This document shows, piece by piece, positions 10,151-20,564 of a stretch of 64,000 nt of DNA. Position 1 is the first letter of the stretch. The number at the start of each line of letters is the position of its first letter. Under the pieces are notes generated by a model. The model ran no database searches and was not told the DNA's origin. It saw only the letters and a list, made by a program, of their open reading frames with translations. The stretch spans positions 576,001-640,000 of the forward strand of contig CBDBCR010000003.1 in the NCBI GenBank assembly GCA_965203465.1, given 5' to 3'. Origin of the DNA: Nitrosopumilaceae archaeon. Lineage in GTDB: Archaea > Thermoproteota > Nitrososphaeria > Nitrososphaerales > Nitrosopumilaceae. The position numbers and the translations under genes are program-made.

Positions 10151-10308
10151 GCGGTTGCGGGCGGAGCATTCTATATCTCTTTTACTGTGGATTCGTGCGC
10201 GCCGGAGGCGGCCCCGGCTCCCGGCAAGGCCGCGGCTTTCCGGCGGCGCGCGGCCGATCCGAAAGCGCGCGGATCGCGCGCGGGCAAAAAATGAAAAAAA
10301 GAGAAGGC

Positions 10309-11142
10309 CTAGTACCTTGGAACCGGCGAGAGCCGGGATCTCGTGGTCGCGACTATGGCCACTACGGCCACTGCCAGAACCACCAAGGCGACTGCGCCAA
10401 ACTCTGGTATTACGAACCCTCCGTAAAACTCGATCTTTTCGGTGCCCGCGGGGAACGAGACTGTAATGTCGTTGCCCGACACGTCCACGTCGTCCCACAT
10501 CTCGCCGTCCACCAGCGCCGACGTGAAGTCCCTAAAGACTTCGGGCGTCGGGCTCAGCGTCAGCGTGCCCGCTCTGAACGGATCGACCATCACGATCAGG
10601 GCCTTGCCCTCATCCAGCATCGTGCCGGTCACGGCAGAGCCGGTGATGGTGTATGGCACGCAGTACTCGCCGAACGAGAGCTCGTCTGCCGAGCACTCTG
10701 CGGTTTCGGCCGGCGTCCTTCCGATCATGGTCGGCACGCCTCCGGTCAGCTCCACGAGCGTCTTGTTGTTGACGCTCTGGGCGCCGTACTGGACGCGTAT
10801 GGTGTACGTGCCGTCGTACTTCCAGAACTCGCCCGCCGTGCTGAGCTCGGTGCCGTACGTTCCTTCCTCGGACACCTTGAGCTGCGCGAACGAGACGATG
10901 TTGCCTGTCGGGCTGATGACCTGCAACGTCACATCTGTGCCGCGGCTGGCGTTTGCCACAGTACCGCTCACCATGATGGACGAGTCGTGGTCGTACGAGC
11001 CCTTGTCGGTGGTGATCGTGATCGGTACGCTTGCCGTCAGAAGCCTGTCTGCCTCGCTGGGAGAGTGGTCGTCCCCGAACGCCGGGGATGCGGCCGCCGC
11101 GCCCGCCAAGGCCAGGACAGCTACCAGTATGTGACTCTTCAT
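10309..11142 (-). CDS. PEFG-CTERM sorting-domain surface protein
   Basis: Signal peptide; ITITTDKGSY domain start; VIPEFG + TM + RSRL tail; TATA (TATAAATA) upstream. Confidence 0.9.
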   Translation of the reverse strand: MKSHILVAVLALAGAAAASPAFGDDHSPSEADRLLTASVPITITTDKGSYDHDSSIMVSGTVANASRGTDVTLQVISPTGNIVSFAQLKVSEEGTYGTELSTAGEFWKYDGTYTIRVQYGAQSVNNKTLVELTGGVPTMIGRTPAETAECSADELSFGEYCVPYTITGSAVTGTMLDEGKALIVMVDPFRAGTLTLSPTPEVFRDFTSALVDGEMWDDVDVSGNDITVSFPAGTEKIEFYGGFVIPEFGAVALVVLAVAVVAIVATTRSRLSPVPRY

Positions 11143-11242
11143 CTTGCCGGCACGCCTTCCAAGTCTCTATTTATATAATGCGGTGGGATCCGCGCCGAGG
11201 GCCCCTCCCGGCCGGGCCCGGTTTCGGCGCCGGGCGGGGCCG

Positions 11243-11998
11243 TTACGCGCGGCCCAGGCGCCTCCCGGCGGCCACCGCCGCGGCAAAGCCGGCGGCCGCG
11301 AGCGCGGCGGCCGAGCCGAACTCGGGCACCACCACCCCGCCGGATATCTCGATCTGCGCGCTGGCCTCGCGCGGGCCCTGGCTGGCATGCACCGTGTAGA
11401 GCCCGTCGCGCTCCCACAGCCGGCCCCCCGTCTGGAGCGGGGCCGAGAACGAGCCGTCGGCCAGCGGCTCGAGCGCGGCGACGGCTACGACTTGGCCGCC
11501 GGGCCCCCGCACCTCCACGCGCACAGGCAGATCCAGCGTGGCCGCCGTCCCCGACACCTCGACCAGGTCGGATCCGGGCTCGCCGTCGGCGCGCAGCTCC
11601 AAAACGCCGCCCGGCTCGGCCGGCTCTGCGATCTTTTCGAACGTAGACTGCGCCTCCTCGGTCTGGTGCGCCCTGCCGTCCGAGACGCGCACGCCGGCCG
11701 AGGCCGAGTACAGCGGCGCGCCCTGGTTTGCCCGCACAGAGTACACGCCGTCCTCGCGCCACAGCTCCGATATACGGAACTCTTTTTCGAACCCGCCGCC
11801 GGGGCCCGGCGTCGCCTGGTAGGCGTCGACGAGCGCGCCGGACGGCGATACCACCACGACGGTCACGTCGTGCTGCCTCGAGGTCGTGCCGTACACGTGC
11901 ACGGAGCGCGAGCCCTCGCCGGCCCACACGGTCAGCGTCATGCCGGCCTCGGCGGCCGGCGCCGAGGCGGCCAGGGCGGCGACGAGCAGTACCAGCAC
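11243..11998 (-). CDS. PEFG-CTERM sorting-domain surface protein
   Basis: Signal peptide; two LWxxDGxYxVxA modules; VVPEFG + TM. Confidence 0.85.
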   Translation of the reverse strand: MLVLLVAALAASAPAAEAGMTLTVWAGEGSRSVHVYGTTSRQHDVTVVVVSPSGALVDAYQATPGPGGGFEKEFRISELWREDGVYSVRANQGAPLYSASAGVRVSDGRAHQTEEAQSTFEKIAEPAEPGGVLELRADGEPGSDLVEVSGTAATLDLPVRVEVRGPGGQVVAVAALEPLADGSFSAPLQTGGRLWERDGLYTVHASQGPREASAQIEISGGVVVPEFGSAAALAAAGFAAAVAAGRRLGRA

Positions 11999-12073
11999 GC
12001 CGAAGCGCGGCGGCGCGCGTATTTATGCGCGCCGGCGGGCGCCGGCCGCGTGGCAAAAAAAGTAGAAAGAGGT

Positions 12074-12925
12074 CTAGTACCTTGGCGCGAGGCTGAGCCT
12101 TGACCTTGCAGTGACCGCGACTATTGCGATCACGGCGGCCGCGAGCACCACCACCGCCACGGCCCCGAACTCGGGAACCGCGCAAGTTCCAATGATCTCG
12201 ATCTCTTCAGAGTCTGCAAAGAACCCGATGGTCAGCGTGCGCGAGTCCGAGCTTACGGCCTCGCGGAACTCTTGCTCTTCGCGGTCGACTATCACGATGA
12301 ACTGGTCGTCGTCCCCTTCGCACCCGCTCATCTTGGCGTCTATGACGTCGCGCGGCAGCGTCAGCGACAGCTCCCCGTCGTCGGTCGGCGCGATGTTGAC
12401 TGTCAGCGAGCTGTACTCGCCGCTTATCGACATGCCCGTCACGCTGCCGCCGGTTATCGAATAGCCGATGTCGAACGCCCCGGCTTCGCCAGCCTGCAGC
12501 GTGAACATCGTGGTACCCGCGTCGGTCGGCGGCCTGGTCATTCCAGGCTCCGATCCGCCGAAGGCGAACGTAGTCTCCGCTACCCGGTTGGCGCCGTACT
12601 GGACGCGCACGGTGTAGTCGCCGGCCGCGGTCCAGAGGATGCCGCCGGCGGTCAGCTCGTTAAAGCTGAACGTCCGGTCGTCGTCGACGGTGGTCTGGCC
12701 CGCGCCCACGACGTTGTTGCCGTTGGGCGAGATGATCTGGTACGTGACCGACATCCCGCTGATGCGGTTTGCCACCTCTCCGGTTATCATGACGGCGTCG
12801 CCGTCCGAGTACGAGCTCTTGTCGGTGGAGACAGAGATGGGCTCTGCTATCTGCGCAAAGGCCTGCGTTGCAGCGCCCGCGACGATCGCCGCGGACAGCA
12901 GCATTACGTACAGGTGAATCCTCAT
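12074..12925 (-). CDS. PEFG-CTERM sorting-domain surface protein
   Basis: Signal peptide MRIHLYVMLL; ISVSTDKSSY; AVPEFG + TM + RSRL tail. Confidence 0.9.
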   Translation of the reverse strand: MRIHLYVMLLSAAIVAGAATQAFAQIAEPISVSTDKSSYSDGDAVMITGEVANRISGMSVTYQIISPNGNNVVGAGQTTVDDDRTFSFNELTAGGILWTAAGDYTVRVQYGANRVAETTFAFGGSEPGMTRPPTDAGTTMFTLQAGEAGAFDIGYSITGGSVTGMSISGEYSSLTVNIAPTDDGELSLTLPRDVIDAKMSGCEGDDDQFIVIVDREEQEFREAVSSDSRTLTIGFFADSEEIEIIGTCAVPEFGAVAVVVLAAAVIAIVAVTARSRLSLAPRY

Positions 12926-13092
12926 TGCCCGCGGTCTTGGCGTGAGGCTATTTAAGTTTGCCAAACAAAATTATTTAGCGGCGCGGTGTAATTTCCGTCC
13001 ACGATCCCCGAGTAGATATATATTAACGCCTCTGAGGGGCGGCACGCTTGGGTTCTGTCGCTCTAGGTCGCCATATCCGGGGGTGCCCCTGA

Positions 13093-13344
13093 GTGGCCGC
13101 CAAGAAAAAGGCCATACTGGTGCCCGACCACGACCTGGTTCCAAAGCACGAGATCATGACCCGCCAGGAGGCGCAGGAGGTGCTAGACAGGTTCCACTGC
13201 CAGCCCACCGACCTGCCCCTCATATTCGCCACCGATCCGGCCATAGTCGGCCTCGGCATAAAGCCGGGCGACATGATACGGATAACCCGCCAGAGCGCGA
13301 CGGCCGGCGAATCCGAATACTACAGGTACGTGGTGGAGGCATAG
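13093..13344 (+). CDS. rpoH: RNA polymerase subunit H (Rpo5)
   Basis: HDLVPKHEIM, LPLI, DP, GDMIRITRQSATAG, YYRYVV. Confidence 0.97.
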   Translation: MAAKKKAILVPDHDLVPKHEIMTRQEAQEVLDRFHCQPTDLPLIFATDPAIVGLGIKPGDMIRITRQSATAGESEYYRYVVEA

Positions 13345-16300
13345 TGGCGGATCCTTCCATCAAGCGCTGGCCCGTCGTTCAGGATATACTGCGGCGCGAA
13401 GGGATCGCCAGGCAGCACCTCAACTCGTTCGACGAGTTCCTCAAGCACGGCCTGCAGAGCATCATAGACGAGGCCGGCCAGATAGAGATAGACAACGCAG
13501 AGTACCCCTACAGGATACAGCTGGGCAAGATAAAGCTGCAGCGCCCGCGCATGATGGAGCTGGACGGCTCCATAACCCACGTGACTCCGGCCGAGGCGCG
13601 CCTGCGCAACGTCTCGTACGCGGCCCCCGTCATGATGGAGGCGAGCGTGATAGAGGACGGCAAAGTGCTCGAATCAAAGTTCGTCCACATCGGCGACGTG
13701 CCGGTGATGACGAAATCCACCGCGTGCATACTGAACAACTACTCTTCGCAAAAGCTCGTAGAGCACGGCGAGGATCCCAACGATCCGGGCGGCTACTTCA
13801 TCATACACGGATCCGAGCGCGTCGTGGTGGGGCTCGAGGACCTGTCGTACAACAAGATAATAGTGGACAGGGAGACCGTCGCGGGCAACCCCGTGTACAA
13901 GGCCAAGGTGTACTCTTCCATAGTGGGGTACCGCGCAAAGCTGGAGCTCATAATGAAGAACGACGGGCTCATGGTGGCGCGCATACCCGGATCGCCCGTG
14001 GACATACCGGTGGTCACGCTGATGCGCGCGCTCGGCGTGGAATCGGACAAGGACATAGCCGGCCTGGTCTCGCTGGTCGAGCAGGTGCAGGACGAGCTGG
14101 AGGGCTCTTTCGAAAAGTCCGGCGACGTGCAGACTTCAAAGGACGCCATAGTGTACATCAGCAAGAGGATAGCGCCGGGCATGCTCGAAGAGTTCCAGAT
14201 AAAGAGGGCCGAGACGCTGCTCGACTGGAGCCTGCTGCCGCACCTGGGCAAGCACCCCGAGAACCGCCGCGAAAAGACGCAGTTCCTCGGCGAGGCCGCC
14301 TGCAAGCTGCTCGAGCTAAAGATGGGCTGGATAGACGCCGACGACAAGGACCACTACGGCAACAAGGTGGTGAAGTTCGCCGGCCAGATGCTGGCAGACC
14401 TGTTCCGCACCGCCTTCCGCAACCTGATAAGGGACATGAAGTACCAGCTGGAGCGCTCGGGGCAGAAGCGCGGCATCAACGCGGTCGCGGCGGCCATACG
14501 CCCGGGCATAATCACCGACAAGCTCAACAACGCCATCGCCACGGGCAACTGGGGCAGGGGCCGCGTGGGCGTCACGCAGCTGCTAGACCGCACCAACTAC
14601 CTTTCGACCATCAGCCACCTGCGCAGGGTCCAGTCCCCGCTGAGCCGCACGCAGCCCAACTTCGAGGCGCGCGACCTGCACGCCACCCACTTCGGCCGCA
14701 TCTGCCCCAGCGAGACGCCCGAGGGGTCCAACTGCGGCCTGGTCAAGAACCTGGCGCTTTCGGCCATAATATCGGTCAACGTGCCCTCCGAGGAGATCGT
14801 CGAAAAGATGTACGACCTCGGCGCCGTCCCGGCCGGCGAGGCCGACGAGCGCGCAAAGGGCGAGGGCGCGCGCATCTTCGTCGACGGCCGCTTCGTCGGC
14901 TACTACGCGGGCGGCGACCAGCTGGTCGAAAAGCTGCGCCAGCTGCGCCGCAGCTACAAGATACACGCGCACATCGGCGTCTCGTACCACGCGCCGGCCC
15001 GCGAGGGCGCCACGCACCGCATATACGTAAGCTGCAACGCCGGCAGGGTGCTGCGCCCGCTCATCGTGGTGCGCGACGGCAGGTCGCTCCTGACCGCCGA
15101 GCTGCTCGAAAAGGTCGGCAAAAAGCTGCTCTCTTGGCAGGATCTGCTCCGCATGGGGGTCATAGAGCTGGTCGACGCCAACGAGGAAGAAAACTGCTAC
15201 GTGGCCCTCGACGAGCGCAGCGCCAAAAAGCACACGCACATGGAGATATTCCCGTCGGCGATACTGGGCGCGGGCGCCTCGATAATCCCGTACCCCGAGC
15301 ACAACCAGTCGCCGCGCAACACGTACGAATCGGCCATGGCCAAGCAGAGCCTTGGGTTCTCGACGCCCATGATGAACACCAGCACGTACGTGCGCCAGCA
15401 CTTCATGCTGTACCCGCAGACGCCCATCGTCAACACCAAGGCCATGAGCCTGCTAGGCCTCGAGGACAGGCCGGCGGGGCAGAACTGCGTGGTGGCCGTG
15501 CTACCCTTCGACGGCTACAACATAGAGGACGCCATAGTGGTCAGCAAGTCGTCGGTGGACAGGGGCCTCGGCAGGACGTTCTTTTACCGCATATACGACG
15601 CCGAATCAAAGCAGTACCCCGGCGGCGCGCGCGACCAGTTCGAGATACCCGACCCCGACTCCAACATACGCGCCTACAAGGGCGACAAGGCCTACAGGCT
15701 GCTAGACGACGACGGGGTCATATCGACCGAGGCCGCCGTCGAGGGCGGCGATGTGCTGATAGGCAAGACCAGCCCGCCCCGGTTCATGGAGGAGTTCCGC
15801 GAGTTCGACGCCTCGGGGCCGTACAGGCGCGACACGTCCATCGGCGTGAGGCCCTCGGAGAACGGCGTGGTGGACACCATAGTGATGACGCAGTCGAGCG
15901 AGGGCGGCAAGATGTACAAGATACGCGTGCGCGACGCGCGCATACCCGAGATAGGCGACAAGTTCGCCTCGCGCCACGGCCAAAAGGGCGTGCTCGGGAT
16001 ACTGGCCAACAACGAGGACCTGCCGTACACGGCCGACGGGGTCACGCCCGACGTGCTCATAAACCCGCACGCGTTCCCCTCGAGGATGACGGTCGGCATG
16101 TTCATGGAATCGATATGCGGCAAGTCCGCGGCGCTCCGCGGGAGCAAGTTCGACGGCTCGGCGTTCGTGGGCGAAAAGATGGACGAAGTCAGGCAGGCCA
16201 TGGAGGCCCGCGGCTTCCAGTACTCGGGCAAGGAGGAGATGTACGACGGGCGCACCGGCAAAAAGTTCCCCGCCGAGGTCTTCATCGGCGTGGTGTACTA

Positions 16301-16691
16301 CCAAAAGCTCCACCACATGGTAGCCGACAAGATACACGCGCGCGCCCGCGGGCAGGTGCAGATGCTCACGAAGCAGCCCACCGAGGGCAGGGCGCGCGGG
16401 GGCGGCCTGCGCTTCGGCGAGATGGAGCGCGACTGCCTGATAGCCTACGGCGCCTCGATGATACTCAAGGACAGGCTGCTCGACGAATCGGACAAGTCCG
16501 ACATTCTGGTCTGCGAGAGGTGCGGCCTGGTAGCGTACAAGGACGCAAAGCAGCGCAAGTACGTCTGCAGGGTCTGCGGCGACAAGGCCAAGATATCCGA
16601 GGTCTCGGTGGCCTACGCCTTCAAGCTGCTGCTGCAGGAGATGCAGAGCCTCAACGTGGCCCCGCGCCTGCTCATAAAGGAGAGGATCTGA
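13344..16691 (+). CDS. rpoB: RNA polymerase subunit B (Rpo2), unsplit
   Basis: GDKFASRHGQKG, QPTEGRARGGGLRFGEMERD, C-terminal Zn ribbon. Real start is the GTG overlapping the rpoH stop. Confidence 0.98.
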   Translation: MADPSIKRWPVVQDILRREGIARQHLNSFDEFLKHGLQSIIDEAGQIEIDNAEYPYRIQLGKIKLQRPRMMELDGSITHVTPAEARLRNVSYAAPVMMEASVIEDGKVLESKFVHIGDVPVMTKSTACILNNYSSQKLVEHGEDPNDPGGYFIIHGSERVVVGLEDLSYNKIIVDRETVAGNPVYKAKVYSSIVGYRAKLELIMKNDGLMVARIPGSPVDIPVVTLMRALGVESDKDIAGLVSLVEQVQDELEGSFEKSGDVQTSKDAIVYISKRIAPGMLEEFQIKRAETLLDWSLLPHLGKHPENRREKTQFLGEAACKLLELKMGWIDADDKDHYGNKVVKFAGQMLADLFRTAFRNLIRDMKYQLERSGQKRGINAVAAAIRPGIITDKLNNAIATGNWGRGRVGVTQLLDRTNYLSTISHLRRVQSPLSRTQPNFEARDLHATHFGRICPSETPEGSNCGLVKNLALSAIISVNVPSEEIVEKMYDLGAVPAGEADERAKGEGARIFVDGRFVGYYAGGDQLVEKLRQLRRSYKIHAHIGVSYHAPAREGATHRIYVSCNAGRVLRPLIVVRDGRSLLTAELLEKVGKKLLSWQDLLRMGVIELVDANEEENCYVALDERSAKKHTHMEIFPSAILGAGASIIPYPEHNQSPRNTYESAMAKQSLGFSTPMMNTSTYVRQHFMLYPQTPIVNTKAMSLLGLEDRPAGQNCVVAVLPFDGYNIEDAIVVSKSSVDRGLGRTFFYRIYDAESKQYPGGARDQFEIPDPDSNIRAYKGDKAYRLLDDDGVISTEAAVEGGDVLIGKTSPPRFMEEFREFDASGPYRRDTSIGVRPSENGVVDTIVMTQSSEGGKMYKIRVRDARIPEIGDKFASRHGQKGVLGILANNEDLPYTADGVTPDVLINPHAFPSRMTVGMFMESICGKSAALRGSKFDGSAFVGEKMDEVRQAMEARGFQYSGKEEMYDGRTGKKFPAEVFIGVVYYQKLHHMVADKIHARARGQVQMLTKQPTEGRARGGGLRFGEMERDCLIAYGASMILKDRLLDESDKSDILVCERCGLVAYKDAKQRKYVCRVCGDKAKISEVSVAYAFKLLLQEMQSLNVAPRLLIKERI

Positions 16692-16693
16692 GA

Positions 16694-19600
16694 ATGTCGG
16701 TGCAGACCGTAAAGGCCATAGACGGCATACGGTTCTCCATATGGTCGCCAAGCGAGATCCGCAGGTACTCGGTCGCCGAGATCACCGCCCCCGAGACCTA
16801 CGACGAGGACGGCCTGGCCGTGCAGGGGGGCCTGATGGACGGCAGGCTGGGCACGCTCGAGCCGGGCCAAAAGTGCCTGACGTGCGGCAACACCGCGGCG
16901 CGCTGCCCCGGGCATTTCGGCCACATGGAGCTGGCAGAGCCGGTGCTACACATCGCGTTCATCGACAACATACACAAGCTGCTCCTCTCGACGTGCCGCT
17001 CGTGCTCGCGCCTCAAGGTGCCGCAGGAGGACCTCGAGGAGTTCGCCCGCGTGAAAAAGCGCGAGGCCGCCTACACCATCATATCGCAGAAGCGCATACC
17101 CGAGCAGATACTCGAAAAGGCGCGCAAGGCAAAGACGTGCCCCCACTGCGGCAAGGAGCAGTACGAGCTCATATTCACAAAGCCGACCATATTCGTCGAA
17201 AAGACCGAGGTCGGCGAGCACCGCCTGCTGCCCATCACCATACGCGAGCGGTTCGCGCAGATACTCGACGAGGACCTGGATCTGCTGTCCTACGACTACA
17301 ACACGGCCAGGCCCGAGTGGTTCGTGCTGCAGGCGCTGCCCGTCCCGCCGGTCACCGTGCGCCCCTCCATAATACTCGAGACGGGCATAAGGTCAGAGGA
17401 CGACCTGACCCACAAGATGGTCGATATAATACGCGTCAACCAGCGCCTGAAGGAGAGCAAGGAGGCCGGCACCCCGCCCCTCATCGTGCAGGACCTGGTG
17501 GACCTGCTCCAGTACCACACCACCACATACTTCGACAACGAGGTCTCGGGGATACCCCAGGCGCACCACCGCTCCGGGAGGCCGCTCAAGACCCTCACGC
17601 AGAGGCTCAAGGGCAAGGAGGGCCGCTTCCGCGGCTCGCTGTCGGGCAAGCGCGTGGACTTTTCGAGCCGCACGGTCATATCCCCCGACCCCAACCTAGA
17701 TCTTTCCGAGGTGGGCGTGCCCGAGACCGTCGCCACCAAACTCACGATACCCGAGATAGTCACCGCCTGGAACGTCGAGCGCATGCGCAAGCTGGTCCTC
17801 AACGGGCCCTCGACGTACCCCGGCGTCAACTACATCATGAGGCCCGACGGCGTGAAGATACGCCTGGACTTCGTAGAGGACCGCTCCACCATAGCCGAGA
17901 CCCTCGAGACCGGCTACCTGGTCGAGAGGCACCTGTCCGACGGGGACATCGTCATGTTCAACCGCCAGCCCTCGCTCCACCAGATGTCGATAATGGCCCA
18001 CTACGTCAAGGTGCTGCCCGGCAAGACGTTCCGGCTGCACCCGTCGGTCTGCCCCCCCTACAACGCCGACTTTGACGGCGACGAGATGAACCTGCACGTG
18101 CCGCAGAGCGAGGAGGCGCGCGCCGAGGCCATACTGCTCATGCGCGTGCAGGATCAGATGATATCGCCGCGCTACGGCGGCCCCATAATCGGCGGCCTGC
18201 GCGACTTTATCACCGGCTCGTACCTGCTCACAAAGGACGACACGCGCCTGACCCCGCAGGAGTTCGCCAACCTGGCGATGCTCGGCGGCCACGATGGGGC
18301 CATGCCCGAGCCGGGCGCCAAGGACATGTACACCGGCAAGCAGATGTTCTCGCTGTTCCTCCCGGACGACTTCAACTACGTCATCACCTCAAAGTGGGCC
18401 AAGGGGACCTCGGGCAAGCGCAACGATGTGGTCATAAAGAACGGCGAGCTCATCAGCGGCGTCATCGACAAGTCCGCCATAGGCGCAGAAGAGCCCGAGA
18501 GCGTGCTGCACCGCGTGGCGAAGGACTACGGCAACGCGCGCGCCAAAAAGTTCCTAAACTCTGTCCTGGTGGTCGCAAAGCAGTTCATCACCCACTACGG
18601 GTTCAGCTACGGCTACGGGGACCTGGATCTTCCGGAGAACAAAAAGCAGGCCATACTGGCGGGCCTGCGCGAGAGCTACGACAGGGTCGACGAGCTGGTC
18701 TCGCAGTCCAAAAAGGGCACGCTGAAACTGACGCGCGGGCTCTCGCCCGAAGAGGCCCTCGAGGCTTACATCGTAAACGAGCTCTCAAAGGCGCGCGACC
18801 GCGCCGGCAACGAGGCAGACCAGTCGCTCGACGAGTCCAACTCGGCGCGCATCATGGCCACGACCGGCGCGCGCGGCTCGGCGCTCAACATAGGCCAGAT
18901 GGCCGGCGCCCTCGGCCAGCAGTCCAGGCGCGGGGCGCGCCTGCTGTCCGGCTACGCCAACCGCGCCCTGCCGCACTACCGCGAGCACGACAACGATCCT
19001 GACGCGCACGGCTTCGTAAAGACAAACTACCGCGAGGGGCTGACCGCGCTGGAGTTCTTTTTCCACGCCATGGGCGGCAGGGAGGGCCTGGTGGACACGG
19101 CCGTGCGCACGCAGCAGAGCGGGTACATGCAGCGCCGCCTGATCAACGCCCTCGAGCACATACGGCTGGAATACGACGGGACCGTGCGCGATCCGCACGG
19201 GCACATCATACAGTTCCTGTACGGCGAGGACGGCATAGACGTGGCAAAGAGCGACCACGGCGAGGCGTTCAACGTGGACCGCCTCATCGAATCCGAGCGC
19301 ATAGTGGATTCGGGGGCGCGCGCGACAAAGGAGGAGATAGCAAAGATAGCCGAAAAGTACGCCGGCACTTTCAACCCGCGCCTGCGCCGCACCGTCACCG
19401 AGGCCCTCCAAAAGTCGCGCCTGAGCAAGGCCGGCATCGAAAAGGTCGGCCGCAGGGGCCTGACGCTGTACGACAACGCGAAAGCAGAGCCGGGCCAGGC
19501 CGTCGGCATAGTGACCGCGCAGTCCATAGGCGAGCCGGGCACGCAGATGACGCTGCGCACCTTCCACTTTGCAGGCATCATGGAGCGCGACGTCACCCTC

Positions 19601-20482
19601 GGCCTGCCGCGCCTCATAGAGCTGGTCGACGCGCGCAAAAAGCCGGCCACCCCGACCATGGACATATACCTGGATCGCGAGCACGCCGAATCGCGCGACA
19701 AGGCCATCGAGGTGGCCCGCAACGTGCTCGAGACGAAGGTCTCGGCCCTCATAGCCAGCACCGAGACAGACTACAGCACGCAGATCACGCTGCACATGAG
19801 CGAGGCCGCGCTGCGCGACCGCGGCTGCACCATGGAGGACGTCGACGCCGCGCTGCTCCCGAACAAAAAGTTCGAGGCCGAGATACTCGGCAAGACCGCG
19901 GTCCTAAAGCTGGCAGAAGAGGGCGACGCGCAGTCGGTCATCGCCATACGCAACAAGGTGCTCAACACGACCGTAAAGGGCGTGCCCGACGTCAAGCGCG
20001 TGACCCTCGTGCAAAAGGACGACCAGTGGGTGGTGCAGACTACCGGCTCGAACCTGCCGCGCGTGCTAGGCGTCGCCGGCATCGACCGCAAAAAGGTGGG
20101 CACCAACAACGTCTCGGAGATCGCGGCCACCCTCGGCATAGAGGCCGCGCGCAACGCCCTCATACGGGAGCTGCGCGCCACGCTCGAAGACCAGGGCCTC
20201 GAAGTCGACCTGCGCTACATCATGCTCGTATCCGACCTCATGTGCTCGCGCGGCTACATGCAGCAGATAGGCAGGCACGGCATCGCCGGCACCAAGAACA
20301 GCGTGCTTGCACGGGCCGCTTTCGAGATAACGGTGCCCACCATAGCCCACGCGGCGCTCGGCGGCGAGATAGAGCGCCTGAAAGGCATAACGGAGAACGT
20401 CATCGTGGGCAGCAACATACCCATAGGCAGCGGGACAGTCGACCTGTACATGCAGGCCTCCAAAAAGCCGTCAAAGTCGTAG
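16694..20482 (+). CDS. rpoA: RNA polymerase subunit A (fused A'/A'', Rpo1)
   Basis: YNADFDGDEMN catalytic motif, CPGHFGH, AQSIGEPGTQMTLRTFH in one ORF. ATG at 16694. Confidence 0.98.
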   Translation: MSVQTVKAIDGIRFSIWSPSEIRRYSVAEITAPETYDEDGLAVQGGLMDGRLGTLEPGQKCLTCGNTAARCPGHFGHMELAEPVLHIAFIDNIHKLLLSTCRSCSRLKVPQEDLEEFARVKKREAAYTIISQKRIPEQILEKARKAKTCPHCGKEQYELIFTKPTIFVEKTEVGEHRLLPITIRERFAQILDEDLDLLSYDYNTARPEWFVLQALPVPPVTVRPSIILETGIRSEDDLTHKMVDIIRVNQRLKESKEAGTPPLIVQDLVDLLQYHTTTYFDNEVSGIPQAHHRSGRPLKTLTQRLKGKEGRFRGSLSGKRVDFSSRTVISPDPNLDLSEVGVPETVATKLTIPEIVTAWNVERMRKLVLNGPSTYPGVNYIMRPDGVKIRLDFVEDRSTIAETLETGYLVERHLSDGDIVMFNRQPSLHQMSIMAHYVKVLPGKTFRLHPSVCPPYNADFDGDEMNLHVPQSEEARAEAILLMRVQDQMISPRYGGPIIGGLRDFITGSYLLTKDDTRLTPQEFANLAMLGGHDGAMPEPGAKDMYTGKQMFSLFLPDDFNYVITSKWAKGTSGKRNDVVIKNGELISGVIDKSAIGAEEPESVLHRVAKDYGNARAKKFLNSVLVVAKQFITHYGFSYGYGDLDLPENKKQAILAGLRESYDRVDELVSQSKKGTLKLTRGLSPEEALEAYIVNELSKARDRAGNEADQSLDESNSARIMATTGARGSALNIGQMAGALGQQSRRGARLLSGYANRALPHYREHDNDPDAHGFVKTNYREGLTALEFFFHAMGGREGLVDTAVRTQQSGYMQRRLINALEHIRLEYDGTVRDPHGHIIQFLYGEDGIDVAKSDHGEAFNVDRLIESERIVDSGARATKEEIAKIAEKYAGTFNPRLRRTVTEALQKSRLSKAGIEKVGRRGLTLYDNAKAEPGQAVGIVTAQSIGEPGTQMTLRTFHFAGIMERDVTLGLPRLIELVDARKKPATPTMDIYLDREHAESRDKAIEVARNVLETKVSALIASTETDYSTQITLHMSEAALRDRGCTMEDVDAALLPNKKFEAEILGKTAVLKLAEEGDAQSVIAIRNKVLNTTVKGVPDVKRVTLVQKDDQWVVQTTGSNLPRVLGVAGIDRKKVGTNNVSEIAATLGIEAARNALIRELRATLEDQGLEVDLRYIMLVSDLMCSRGYMQQIGRHGIAGTKNSVLARAAFEITVPTIAHAALGGEIERLKGITENVIVGSNIPIGSGTVDLYMQASKKPSKS

Positions 20483-20564
20483 CGCGCTCAGCCTTTCCGC
20501 GTCCGTGGTACTGAAAGCGACCAAAGGCCTCCAAAAAGCCGTCAAAGTCGTAGCGCGCTCAGCC
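20454..20564 (+). repeat. Perfect 40-bp direct repeat (20454-20493 and 20525-20564) separated by 31 bp; includes the rpoA stop codon
   Basis: AGGCCTCCAAAAAGCCGTCAAAGTCGTAGCGCGCTCAGCC occurs twice. Confidence 0.95.

Noticed and set aside
13724-16693. Apparent 2252-aa RpoA with a ~990-aa N-terminal extension
   Set aside because: The extension is an off-frame overlap of rpoB; the true start is ATG 16694.
16694-20482. Fused RpoA'/A'' as a novelty
   Set aside because: Established trait of Thaumarchaeota; no intein visible.
20454-20564. CRISPR array call
   Set aside because: Only two repeats, the repeat is rpoA coding sequence, and no cas genes are present. Kept as a direct repeat.
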